Part shown: positions 1-12,700 of the stretch, piece after piece
Layout: each line of letters begins with the position of its first letter
Position numbering within the stretch: position 1 is the stretch's first letter
From: an uncultured Elusimicrobia bacterium
Lineage (GTDB): Bacteria; Elusimicrobiota; Elusimicrobia; F11
Assembly: GCA_964463805.1 (NCBI GenBank)
Contig: CAYXDS010000002.1
Span: 1 to 44,842, forward strand
DNA length: 44,842 nt
Reading direction: 5' to 3'
The notes under the pieces: generated by a model
What the model was told of the DNA's origin: nothing
The model's input: the letters and a program-made list of their open reading frames with translations, nothing else
Database searches by the model: none
Program-made: the position numbers and the translations under genes

Positions 1-613
1 GAGCGATCGCGTTGCGGTGTGAGTAGCCGAGCTGTGTTATCGCGCCGGTTTTGTACATATTGCCGAGATCCATACCGAAACCGCTGCCTGAAAAACCGGC
101 TACGTTTTGATGAATCGCTTTCAAAGTGGCCCCCAACGACATCTTCGCGTTCATCTTATATCCGTCGGAGAACATCAAAGCGGTGCGGGATTCGCCAAAC
201 GAACCCTGTTCTTGGCCCGTCTCCGAAAAACGGCGGAAATTATCGGCGCGCAAATTCACGATGCCGATGCCCATCGTGCCGTAGCGCTGCGTCGGACGCG
301 CTACATTTAATGAACCATAACTAAAACCTTCATAAAGAGTGGAGTACATCATCACCGCGTCGCCGGTTTGCAATTGCGTGAGGCCGGACGGGTTCCAATA
401 AACGGCCGACGCATCGTCGGCAACACCCGTATGCGCTTTTCCCATTCCCAGCGAACGTGCGCTCGCCGCAAAATCAAGGAACGCGCCCGGCTGGCCTCCG
501 TCGTGGCCGGTCAAATCGATGATCTCGGCTCTCACATGGTTCGAGGAAAAAATCGAACCCGTGAAAAGCAGAATCATCGCTAGGCGTTTCGTTACATGTG
601 TGATTGACTTCAT
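1..613 (-). CDS. PorV/PorQ-like (FadL-fold) outer-membrane beta-barrel protein, 5' part only (gene continues past the left window edge)
   Basis: Absent from the ORF track because it has no in-window stop. Hand reverse-complement translation from ATG 613-611 gives MKSITHVTKRLAMILLFTGSIFSSNHVRA/EIIDLTGHDGGQPGAFLDFAASARSLGMGKAHTGVADDASAVYWNPSGLTQL..., open to nt 1. It has a signal peptide plus the N-terminal 'FL..aSARslGMG....DDASAvyWNPsGL' signature I associate with PorV/PorQ and other FadL-type barrels. Confidence 0.6.
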   Translation of the reverse strand, partial: MKSITHVTKRLAMILLFTGSIFSSNHVRAEIIDLTGHDGGQPGAFLDFAASARSLGMGKAHTGVADDASAVYWNPSGLTQLQTGDAVMMYSTLYEGFSYGSLNVARPTQRYGTMGIGIVNLRADNFRRFSETGQEQGSFGESRTALMFSDGYKMNAKMSLGATLKAIHQNVAGFSGSGFGMDLGNMYKTGAITQLGYSHRNAIA

Positions 614-664
614 GTAACAAAGATAAAAATAACAGCTTAAGAGCGCCTTAAGGTCGGATTAAAA
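614..664 (-). promoter_or_regulatory. Conserved upstream module, copy A (promoter/operator candidate for the PorV-like gene)
   Basis: Plus strand GTAACAAAGATAAA(614-627)...CTTAAG(636-641)...CCTTAAGG(646-653)...GATTAAAA(657-664). The same blocks lie at identical distances from the ATG of the giant gene (15922-15972). Confidence 0.5.
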
Positions 665-711
665 GGAATGGAAGTTTAAATCAGATTGAAAAAACAAAGC
701 GTTTTTTCGTG

Positions 712-3700
712 TTACTGCGCGACGGCCAATTTGAACTTGTAGGTTCCGCGCGACGGAATCTTCAGGATCGCGATGTAACCGCCGTTGCCGGTGCTGCCCA
801 CATCCCAACGAACGAGGTTTTCGCCGGGCTGGCCTGAAATTTTACGATGCATCACATTCTCGCCGGTGGGCGTAATGATCGTAAGATCGACGTTGTCGTC
901 GCCGTTTTGCAGATAGAAGCGAATTGTGGCGCCGGTTCGTGCGCTGCATGGATTCGGATAAATTGTGAAATTCACTTCGGACGGCGTGTCGAGCACGGTC
1001 ACAGTCACTTGAGCGGCCGCCGAACGCACGCCGTTCGAGTTCCAAACAACCAATTCAAACACGAGCTTGGTCGGACCGATGACGGCCGGCGCTTGGAAAT
1101 GCGGCGTCGGCGTATCGGCGCCGATCAACACGACCGTGGGACCGCTTATTTGTTTCCATTCGTAACCCGCATAGGTCGCTTGCGTTCCAGCACCTTCACT
1201 CATCCCTAGTTGTACGTCCGTCATTTCCGGAACGGTCTGGTCTTTACCTGCGATTTGGAACGGAGCTCCCGGAGCCAACTGCGGAGCCGGCTCAACGGTC
1301 ACCAACACGTCGTCGCTGCCCGACAACACACTGTCGCTGGCCGTTAGACGTAACACATAGTCACCGGGTTGAGAAAATTGTGCGGTTGTCGCCAACGATG
1401 CAACGTTACCGAACGTGACCGTGCCCGGGCCGCTCACTTTACTCCACGTGACCGTAAACGCGCCGGGCGGATTCGGTAAACCGTCGTCGCCGGCCAAGCC
1501 GAACAAATTCGCAGGCGCGGGCAACGTCACTGAGAAATCGGATCCAGCGTTTACGGTCGGCGCTTGATTGCCGCCGGAGCTTGAATTTACCGTGATCGTC
1601 ACATCACTCGTCGTCGACAGCGCGCTGTCGTTCACCGTCAATCGAAGCACATACACGCCGACCGCTGAGAAATTCGCGGTCGTCGCCAAATTATTCGCGT
1701 TACCGAATGTGACCGTACCGGGACCAGTTACGAGACTCCACGTGACAGTGAACGCGCCGGGTGGATTTGGCAAACCATCGTCGGTGGCCGAACCGGACAA
1801 ATTCGCGGCGGCCGGCAATACAATCGTTTGATTGGGACCGGCGTTTGCCGTCGGAGGCTGATTCGAGCCCGAACCCGCGTTCACGGTGACCGTTACATCG
1901 CTCGTCGCAGTCAATTCGCCGTCGTTCCCGGTCAACCGCAGAACATAAATACCGACTGCCGAGAAATCCGCAGACGTCGCCAAATTGTTTGCATTACCGA
2001 ACGTAACCATGCCCGGACCACTCACTTTACTCCACGTTGTCGTCAATACGCCGGGCGGGTTCGGCAGTCCGTCGTCACTTGCCGAGCCGGACAGATTCGC
2101 AGAACCCGGCAAGATGACCGTTTGATTCGATCCGGCGCTCACGATTGGTTTTTGATTGCCACCGGTCCCGCCTTCTTCATTCGCCACAATCGTCACATCG
2201 CTGGTGGTCTTTAATTGGCCATCGTCCACGGTGAGTCGCAACACATACGTACCGGCGGAAGAGAATCCGGCCGTCGTCATTAAATTGTTCGGCTGACTGA
2301 ATGCAACGATTCCCGGGCCGCTGACTTTACTCCACGCCACCGTGAACGCGCCCGGTGGATTTGGCAATCCATCGTCGCTGGCGACGCCCACAAGAACGGC
2401 CGACGCCGGTAACGTTATGCTCTGGTTCAATCCGGCGTTTGCGGTCGGCGGTTGATTGCCGCCCGTGCCGCCGGTGACATTCGCTTCGATTCTCACGTCG
2501 CTGGTCGCTGAAAGCTGACTATCGCTTACCGTGAGCCGCAGCACATAAATACCAGCCGAAGAGAACCCAGCGGTTGTGGCCAACGAATTAACGTTTCCAA
2601 ATGTTACGGTTCCGGGACCGCTCACCTTGCTCCAAACCGTCGTGATTGCGGCTGGCGGGTTCGGGAGTCCATCGTCGCCGGCCGAACCGGTCAAGTTCGC
2701 CGACTGCGGCAACGTAATTATTTGATCGGGCCCCGCATTCGCCGTCGGTTTCTGGTTGCCCTCCGTTCCGCCATCTTCGTTCGCAGTGATCGTTACATCG
2801 CTGGTCACCGTCAGTTGACTGTCGCTCACGGTCAATCGCAACACGTAAATTCCGGCCGAGGAGAAATTCGCGGTCGTTACCAACGCGTTCTCATTTCCAA
2901 ATGTCACGGTGCCAGGACCGCTTATTTTCGTCCACACGGACATAATCGTAGACGGCGGGTTCGGCAATCCGTCGTCTGAGGCGCTGCCATTCAGGTTTGC
3001 GCTCGCCGGCAACGTGATCGTTTGATTGGCTCCGGCGCTCGCGGTCGGAGGCTGGTTGCCGCCCGTGCCGCCGACCACATTCACTTCGACCGGAATGTCG
3101 GCGCTTCCGATTAACTCGCCATCGTTGGCAGCCAAACGCAGTACGTAATTTCCGGCCGATGAGAAATTTGCGGTGGTCGCAATCGCACTTGCGTTGCCAA
3201 AGGTCACGGTGCCAGGACCGCTAACTTTGCTCCACGCATACGTGAGCCGTCCCGGCGGATTCGGCAAACCGTCGTCGGTAGCGCTGCCGCTTAAATTCAC
3301 GCCGGAAGGAAGCGTCGTCGTCAATCCCGGGCCGAGCGTCACAATCGGACGTTGGTTGCCGCCGGTACCGCCTTCTTCATTAACCGTCATCGAGACCAAC
3401 GCCGTATCCGTAAATTCGGTATCGGAAATCTTATAGGTGAAACTGTCGAAACCGACGAACCCGAGCGCCGGCGTATAACTCAGCGTGTTGTTCGAGTTGA
3501 TGACGACCGTGCCGTGCGCGGGCGTTCCGACCGATATGACCGTCAACGCGTCGCCGTCCGGATCGGTATCGTTTGAGAGAACTGGAACGAAGGTCGCCGT
3601 GTTGCGGATCGCCGTCGCATCATCATCGACCGCGTCGGGCGGATCGTTTCTTAAGTTGCCGTTTCCGTCCAAGTGGATCCTTAAGCGGATTGTTGAAACG

Positions 3701-6700
3701 TTGCTGTCCACCTGACCGTCGTTCACTTTGTACGTAAAGTCGTCCGTGCCCGCGTAATTCGAGGCCGGTGTGTAGGTGATGTTCGGCGGCGTGCCGCTGA
3801 TCGAGCCGTGCTGCGGTTGCGTCACGATCGCGAACGTCAGCGGGTCGCCGTCGGGATCGCTACCGAATAAAGTGATGTCCTTGGCGACGTTCACGACCGT
3901 GTGTAGAGATTGTCCTTGCGTCAGTGGCGCGTTATTGTTCGAACTGCGCACGGTGATCGTTACGTCGTCGGAACCGCTCAATTCCCCGTCGAACGCGGTC
4001 AGGCGTAAAATATACACGCCCGATTGCGAGAAGTCGGCCGTCGTCGCGAGCGCGTTCACATTTTCGAATGTAACGTTGCCCGGGCCGCTCACTTTGCTCC
4101 AGGTGGTCGTTAGAGTTCCGTTCGGTAAATCGTCGTCCGACGCACTTCCGCTCAAGATCGCGCTCGACGGCAGCGTGATCGTTTGGTCATTTCCGGCATT
4201 CGCGGTCGGATATTCATTGCCGCCGGTGCCGCCGGGCCTGTTGGCTGTGATCGTCACGTCGGCGATGCCGCTAAGTTCGCTGTCGTTCGCCGTTAAACGA
4301 AGTACGTAAGTTCCCGCCGATGAGAAGTTTGCGGTCGTGGTCAAATTATTCGCGTTGCCGAATGTTACCGTGCCGGGGCCGCTCACTTTGGTCCAGAGGT
4401 ACGTCATCGCGTTGGGCGGATTCGGTAATCCATCATCAGTAGCGCTACCGGAAAGGTTGGCCGCTGAAGGAAGCGTGATCGTTTGATTGGAACCGGCGTT
4501 AACCGTCGGCCGTTGGTTCCCGGTGCCCGGCGTATTTACCGTCATCGTCACGTCACTGGTCGAACTCAATTGGCTGTCGTCGGCGGTCAGACGCAACACA
4601 TATGTTCCCGCTTGTGGGAAGCTTACGGTCGTCGTCAAAGAATTTACGTTTGTGAAATTCGCGCTTCCAGGACCGCTGACTTGACTCCACGTGATCGTCA
4701 CCGTATTCGGCGGATTCGGTAACCCGTCATCGCTGGCCGATCCGGCCATCGTCGCGCTCGCCGGCAACGTTATCGTTTGGTTCGGACCCGCATTCACAGA
4801 CGGCGATTGATTTCCACCGGTACCGCCGTCTTCGTTGACCGTCACCTCAATTTCGTCGTGTCCTGATAATTGAGTGTCGTTCGCCGTCAGACGCAGCACA
4901 TAAATTCCGGCCGAGGAGAAATTCGCGGTCGTGGTCAACGCGGTCGCATTTCCAAACGTCACGTTTCCGGGGCCGCTCACTTTGGTCCAAGCGTACGTCA
5001 ACGCGTTTGGCGGATTCGGCAATCCGTCGTCGGTGGCCGATCCACTCAAGTTCGCGGCGGCCGGCAATGTAATGGTTTGATCGGGCCCCGCGTTTGCGAC
5101 CGGTGATTGATTTCCGCCGCTGCCGCCTTCCTCATTCACTGTCACCGTAATGTCGTCTTGTCCCGATAACGCACTGTCGTCCGCCGTCAATCGCAGCACA
5201 TAGATTCCGGCTGAGGAGAAATTCGCGGTCGTGGTCAATCCATTTGGATTTCCGAACGTCACCGTCCCGGGGCCGCTGACCTTGCTCCAGACGAACGTCA
5301 TTGTATTTGGCGGATTGGGCAGACCGTCGTCCGTCGCGCTGCCGCTTAAATTCACAGGGTCGGGCAACACAATGGTTTGATCCGGGCCCGCATTCACGAC
5401 CGGCGATTGGTTTCCAGCGTTGACGGTGATGTCCACGGCCGCCGACGCCGAAAACTCTCCATCGGAAATCGTGTAATTAAACGAGTCGGACCCCACATAG
5501 TTGTTGGAGGGCGTGTACGTCACCGTATTATTCGAATTGATTGTTACGGTACCGTGAGACGCAGGACCCGCTGCTGTTACCGTTAATGAATCTGCGTCGG
5601 GATCGCTGTCGTTCGTCAACACCGTCACTGTGACCGGCGTGTTTTGCCCCGTACTCGCTGAATCATTGACCGCGTTCGGTGGATCATTTTGACCGTTGCC
5701 ATTTTGATCCGGGTGCACATTTATTGAAACGGTTGCTATGTTACTGTCCAAGCGAGCGTCATTTGCTTTAAACGTAAACGAATCAAGTCCGATGTAACCA
5801 GAGGCCGGCGTATAAGTGAGATTCGGAGCGGTGCCGCTCAATGTCCCGTGCTGCGGCTGTGCAACAACAATATAGGAAAGAGGATCTCCATCTGGATCGG
5901 TCGCTACCAGTGTCACCTGTTTTGCCACGTTGACAACGGTATGAACCGTTTGATTCTGTGCGACCGGCGCCTGATTGTTCGAATTGTAAACAGTGATCGT
6001 CGCGTCGCCGGTGCCCGAAAGCTCACTGTCGTTCGCGGTCAAACGCACGACATAGACGCCCGACTGAGAAAAGCTTGCGGAGGTTGTCAATGCCGTTGCG
6101 TTGCCAAACGTGATCGTGCCCGGGCCGCTCACTTTGCTCCATGCATATGTCAACGCATTCGGCGGATTGGGTAAGCCATCATCGTCCGCACTGCCAGACA
6201 AATTCGCCGACGCCGGCAACGTGATGGTTTGATTCGGTCCGGCGCTCACAGTCGGTTTTTGGTTGCCACCCGTACCGCCTTGTTCATTCACAGTGATCGT
6301 CACGTCGCTCGTCGCGCTCAATTGGCTGTCGCTCGCGGTCAAACGCAGCACGTAGATTCCCGCTTGTGAGAAATTGGCGGTGGTCGTTAAGAAACTCGGG
6401 TTCATGAAACTGACCGGACCGGGACCACTCACTTTACTCCATGCGTACGTCAACTGGCCCGGCGGATTTGGTAAACCGTCATCGTCGGCGGAGCCTGAAA
6501 CCACGGCACCCGAAGGCAATGTGATCGTTTGATTATTTCCCGCGGATACGGTCGGCCGCTGATTGCCGCCCGTGCCGCCTTGTTCGTTCACGGTGATCGT
6601 CACGTCGCCGGTCGCACTCAATTGACTATCGCTTACGGTTAAACGCAAAACGTAGATCCCCGCTTTTGAGAAGCTGGCGGTGGTTGTGAGCGCGTTTGCG

Positions 6701-9700
6701 TTACCGAATGTGACGTCACCGGAGCCGCTCACTTTGCTCCATGTGTAGGTCAACGTATTCGGCGGATTCGGTAGACCGTCGTCGCTCGCGCTACCGGACA
6801 AATTCGCGCTCGACGGCAAAGTGATCGTTTGGTTCTGTCCCGCGTTCGCCGTCGGCGGCTGATTGCCGCCCGATCCTGCGTACACGGTCACCGATATCTC
6901 GTCGAATGTCGGGAATCCGCTGCCGTCGTTGGCGGTCAGACGCAACACGTATGTTCCCGGCATACTGAAATTCGCGAAGGTGGTCGGGCTGTTCGGGTCA
7001 TCAAACGTGACGCCAGGGGGGCCCATACGATAACTCCATAAGCTCGTCAGCGTGCCATTCGGGCGGCCGTCGTCGGTCACCGAACCCGCCATCTGAACGC
7101 GCCCCGGAGGCAATGGCGTCGAAAAGTCCGGACCCGCCGATACCGACGGGAGTTGGTTCCATCCGCTCTGCATCGCCGAAAGGAATTGGGACATGCACAA
7201 CGAAACGACGCGACGTTTGGACTGTGAATTGGACGTGTCGTACGTTTCGACCGACAGCGTGATCGTTTCGTCTTCGATCGACGCGCCGACCACCGCAACG
7301 CGCATCGTCGCGGTAATCAACGAAATCTGACGCAACAGCGGATCAAGATCCAAGAAATACAGATTTCCGTTCGATGTGTCGTAAACGCGCATGCGCGTCA
7401 GGAACGGATTGAAACCCATGTCATAGATTCCGTTGAAGATGAAAAGCATGTTATCGCCGTAAGCGGTTACGTTCACGTTCGGCTGGATAACGGTTGCATC
7501 GGGAATCGCTTTGCGCATAGTTTCCGAATCGAGATCGGCCACGAAATAGCGTCCGTTCCCCATCGGACCGCCGCTAGTATCCACGGTGGTCAGCAATCGG
7601 CTGTTCCGTGCGATGCTCAGCGGCATGCCAGCCATACCCGCGATCGAGATCGCATGTTGATTTGACAACGTGCCGGTCGGGGAAACCGTAAACCGATCAA
7701 TCGAAGAAGCGGAATTACCGACCGCGAACAAATACTGACCGCGAATCTCAATGAATTTATCGGCCAGCGTCGGATAAGAACCTATCAACGAACCGTTCGA
7801 ATCGTAGGCTTCGATCGCTGCCCCGCGAATCACCGATAGAACATAAACAATACCGGTGTTCGAAACCGCCACTTCCGCCTGAGATGAAATCGTTCCTTGC
7901 GTCGGGAATATCGAGCTTTGCTGCGTGGCCAAATCTTCGAGCTTTACTTGTCCCGTCGCCGAGCCGGAGGCCGGCGCGGTGAGCACCGCTACGTATCGTT
8001 TGTTTTCCGACACGTCCGCGTAACGGATGTTATTGTCTTGGTCGAGCGGCAGCAACGATGCGGCGGTCCAGATATCGACAACCGACGCCCAATGCGGCAG
8101 GCGATTTACGATCGACGGACGGTCGGTCATAACCGCCATGCCTTTGCCGAGTCCGACTAAATCGCCTCCAATCGACGAATGCGTGGTTTCGACCCACACC
8201 GGCGCCGCGCCCGGCAGCGGGCAACGCACGTCGTCGTGATCGGTGACTTGAACGCTTACATCGTCGAAGGACGAATATTCTCCGTCGGTCGCCGAGAGCC
8301 GCAGTTGATAGGTGCCCGCTTCCGAGAAACCGACCGTGGTGATCGCTTGGTTCGGCGTCGAGAAATACACGTTGCCGGGACCGCTGATTTTCGTCCATGA
8401 AATCGTCGTAGCGCCGGGCGGGTTCGGCAAACCGTCGTCGGTAACGGAAACACCGACGCTGATTTTAGAAGGCCGTTCGACCACGCGATCGGGCCCCGCA
8501 TCCACCACGGGGCCGCTGTTCGCGCCGATCGTCACATCATCGGTCCGCGTTAAATGACCGTCGAACGCGCTCAAACGCAACACGTACACGCCGGTCGTTG
8601 AGAACGAAGCAGTGGTATTAAGCGCATTGGCGTTGCCGAAAGTGACCGTCCCAGGACCACTCACCTTGCTCCAGGTTGTCACAAGCGCCGACGGTAATCC
8701 GTCGTCGGTTGCGGTTCCGTCCAATGTCGCGCCCGCGCCCAACTCGATCGATTGATCCGGCCCCGCATTGACGGTCGGCGCCGAGTGGATCACAATGCGC
8801 AACTTACGCGAGGTTTGGAATTGACCGTCGTCCGCCGTCAGCACCAAATTATAAAGGCCTTTCGCGTCGATCGACGCTTGCGTGACGAGCGCCGACGCAT
8901 TCGTGAACGTCACGTTGCCCGGGCCGGTCAGCTTGCTCCATGTGGTTGTCAATGCTCCTGGCGGGTTCGGAAATCCGTCGTCGCTCGCGGTGCCGCTTAA
9001 ATTCACGAGTGTCGGCGATTGCGTGTACTCAATTAATAAGGTGGATCCGGGATCGACGACAGGAGGTTGATTGATCGTGACTGTGACTTGGTTCGACACG
9101 CCGACATTCATCGCTTTATCGACCGCGAGCGCGCGAAGCAGATGAGAGCCGTTCAACTGAGCCGTGTTCCAATCGATTTCGTAGGGCGCTGTGGAATCGA
9201 CGCCGATCAGCGTATCGCCGTCGTAGAAATTTACGCGGAATATGCCGCTCGCGTCCGATGCGGTCGCGGCGATCTTCACAAGGCCGTTGACGGTGGAACC
9301 GTCGGTCGGCGTGGAAATGCTCACGAGCGGCGGAGTTTCATCTGGTAACGCTCCCCCGCTGCAGAGGCTTGTGAATTGATACGTTTTGCCGCGACCGGTC
9401 GCGACCAAATCCGACCGGCCGTCCAAATTCATGTCGGCGCCGGCGACGGCCGTCTCAACCGCATTCGCGTTCGGTTGCCATTTAATACCGGTATTACGTC
9501 CATTGTTGAGGCCGTACATTTGCAGCACCGGCGTGAAAGGCGGACTGAAACCTTGAACGACCACATTCTCGCCGGTCGTCGAATTTTCAAAGGGCCACAT
9601 CAAGAAGTGCGAAACCGGATACCATTCTTCCCAACTGTCGAGCAGCGAGAACGTGGTTTGGTTGCCGTTGTTCTTGACCACGCGCACAAAGCTGTGAACG

Positions 9701-12700
9701 ATGGTGGCGGAAGGCGCAATCGACCAAATAATATCATCGCGGCGACCATCGCCGTCGGCGTCGCCGATCGCAATGACGGGCGTTCCTCCCATCAGCGTGT
9801 TTGGATTCGAATCAACCGGTTGGCCCGGCCACGGGTTTGCAAAGTTACCAACGTTCCACAACACGTTTAACTTCGCATCAAAACCGGCATAAGCGATGTC
9901 GGGACGTCCGTCTCTATCGAAATCTCTCACGACGAAACCGAATCTTCCCGTTCCGAACAAATTCATCGCGACGATCGTCTTCTCGTAGTTGCCGTTGCCA
10001 CGGTTCAGATAGACCCAAATCTGTCCTTTCTCAGGCAACACGCTTGACGTATACCCGCTGACCGCGATGTCCATTTTTCCGTCATAGTTGAAGTCGGCGA
10101 ACGCGACGTCGCCTTTGAGTAAACCGCTGTCGATCAAGACCGGCGTGCCGAATTGATTGTTGCTGTACGGCCAACGCAACAGCCGCGGATTGTCCGACGC
10201 ATCTTTGCCCGAGGCGATCACATCGCCGCTGTCGGGCATGATCACAGCGCCGCCCGTCGTGATGTTGCTGTTCGGCAAGGGAATCGGCACGTAAGGAGTC
10301 TCGGGATTTCCGGGCACGTTATGAAACACGACTACATTGCTCCCGGACGGCGTTACGCCGGTTCCGACCATATCCATCAGGCCGTCGTGGTCGAAGTCGC
10401 CAGACTTCAAGGTACCGGCGCCGCCGAAAAAACCGGAAGCGGCCATGTCGGTCTCGTCGAAACCAATACGCCCACAATTAAAGACATGAACGGGCGCCGA
10501 AACGGCGGCATTCCCGACCGTGTCGAACGCCTTCGCGGTCAACGCGCGACGTCCACCCGCCGAATTCGCCGTATTCCATGTCGTCGAATACGGCGGGTTT
10601 GTGGCTGATCCAATCAAAATGTTTTCGTTATAAAACTCGACGCGCGCGATCGCATTGTTGTCGGATGCACTCGCCGAAATCGTAACCTGGCCCGTCACAA
10701 CATCGTTTTCGAGCGGAGACGTAATTGATACGGTCGGTAACGTGTGATCGACGATTACATTTACAGGCGCCGACGTTCCGATCGAACTGTTCATCGCGGT
10801 GGCGCGTGCGGTTAAAACATGCGGGCCTTCGGTCAGTGCAGACGTATTCCAATTTATCGTGTAAGGAGAATTCGTCGCCGTGCCGATTAGATTGCCGTCC
10901 GCGAGGAACTCGATTTTTTGAATACCGGACAATGCTGACGCGACTGCGGACACCGTCGCTTGAAGTCCTACAAATCCGTTGTTGGTCGGCATCGTAATCG
11001 CAACCGTCGGAACCGTGCAGGTCGCCGTGAAAAGAGCGACTTTTCCATGGCCCCATGACCCGTCCTCAAAGGCGCCAAAATCCACAAAATCAAGACGACC
11101 GTCATCGTTGAAATCACCGGCGCCGAAACCACCGAGGAAAATCCCTTGTCCAGCCGGCAAATTCCATCCCATGGAGTGGTTATAAAGACCGTTTCCGTTC
11201 GCTATATAAAGCGCCGTTTGCCCTTGATCTTGCGCTGATGGAGGAGGGGTAGAATGATCGCCTTGTACGAGGATATCTTCTCCTTTTCCAACCGAGCATG
11301 TGAACGGACCTGTCATTAGAGCATCAACGGCGAATGGCACTGTCCACGTGTCGGACTGAGAAAACGTACCGTTTTTATTTTGGAACACGCGAATCACACC
11401 GTTGGCCGTGTTCTCTGGCATTACGTCCCACACGATGTCGTTCTTGAGTCCGTCGCCATCAACGTCGCCGACCGCGACTCTCCCGAAAAACGCGTTTTGA
11501 ACCGTACCGATTTCTTTCATGGCCCAAGGACTTCCGAAATTCGGCTCACCGATCTGAGCGCCGTTGTTTTCGTAGACACGCAAAGCTTGATTTGTTCCGT
11601 TTCCATAAGAGAGAACGATATCTGGTTTTCCATCGCCGTTGAAATCACCCACATCGATTTGTCCCTGTGCCGCTGGCGCGGTATCGACCAACTTCACATG
11701 CCCATTATGGCTGCAAATAAGCTCGATAACGAAATGGAAAACGCTTCCACTGGAATTTCCGACAATCGCGATGTCCGAAAGTCCGTCCCCATCGAAATCT
11801 GCGATTTTTAAATTCCCGCCGACCAAGCCGGCCGAAGCCATCGCCACCGGAAGCCCATAGGTATGCGCGCCTGTGTGTGGCCATCGCTGCAATCCGGTCC
11901 CACTTCCACCTGAGCCGGAGGCGATGATATCGCCCGTTTCCGGAATCAACCCGATGCCACCATCCACGGTGCCGTTTATCAGGGGGACCGTCAAAAAACT
12001 CGGCGGATTCGTACGATTGTTAAAGTAGACGGCTGGATGAGGGAAATAAGGATTAAGCGAGTCAACATAATTTTCAATGAAGTCCAGCTTACCATCGTGA
12101 TCAATATCAGCGACGATTGCATCCATGCCCTTGAAAGATGGCGCCCTTGGATACGCGTGATTAGGGAAGGTCGTCAATGTGGAAGCTAAGAAGTCGCCGT
12201 TCGGGCAATTTCCACACAAATTCGAACCGCCATTCGAGACGGTCACATTAACGTCGGTAGACCACGCCTCGTGGCCCGCGTTATCGATCGCCCTCGCTTT
12301 CAGCGTGTGCGTTCCGTCTGAGAAACGCGTGGTATCCCAACGGAAATTGTAGGGGGTCGAGAGAATCGATCCCACTTGCTGCGAATCGACGAAGAAAAGC
12401 ACGCGCGCAATTCCTAAGCCGTCCGCAGCGTTCGCCGAGATCGTCACGACGCCTTGGTTCGTCGAGCTCGGCGCCGGAGACGTGATTGATACCGTCGGCG
12501 GATTGTTGTCCACCTTCACGTCTACCACCAAACTGTTGCCGGTGTTTCCGGCCGCGTCATACGCTCTCGCGATCAACGAGTAACGGCCATCGGGAACAGA
12601 TGAGGTATTCCACGTAATAGAGTAAGGGGACGATGCATCGGAACCTATCAATACGGCACCGTAATAAAATTCGACTTTCGTCACGCCGATGTTGTCACTC

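Noticed and set aside
19-583. Plus-strand ORFs at the window start (19..324, 107..310, 368..583)
   Set aside because: They are antisense to the much better supported minus-strand PorV-like gene (1-613). They are Arg/Ser-rich with no recognisable motifs.
688-711. Possible terminator right after the giant gene (AAAAAAC-GCTTT-GTTTTTT on the RNA strand)
   Set aside because: The stem is almost purely A-U with one C-G pair, which is too weak to call. Co-transcription with the PorV-like gene cannot be excluded.
982-9075. CRISPR-like regularity of the ~300-nt repeats, and of the four REP copies
   Set aside because: The 300-nt units are in-frame coding PKD domains with no unique spacers. The REP copies lie kilobases apart in separate intergenic gaps. 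No cas genes are present.
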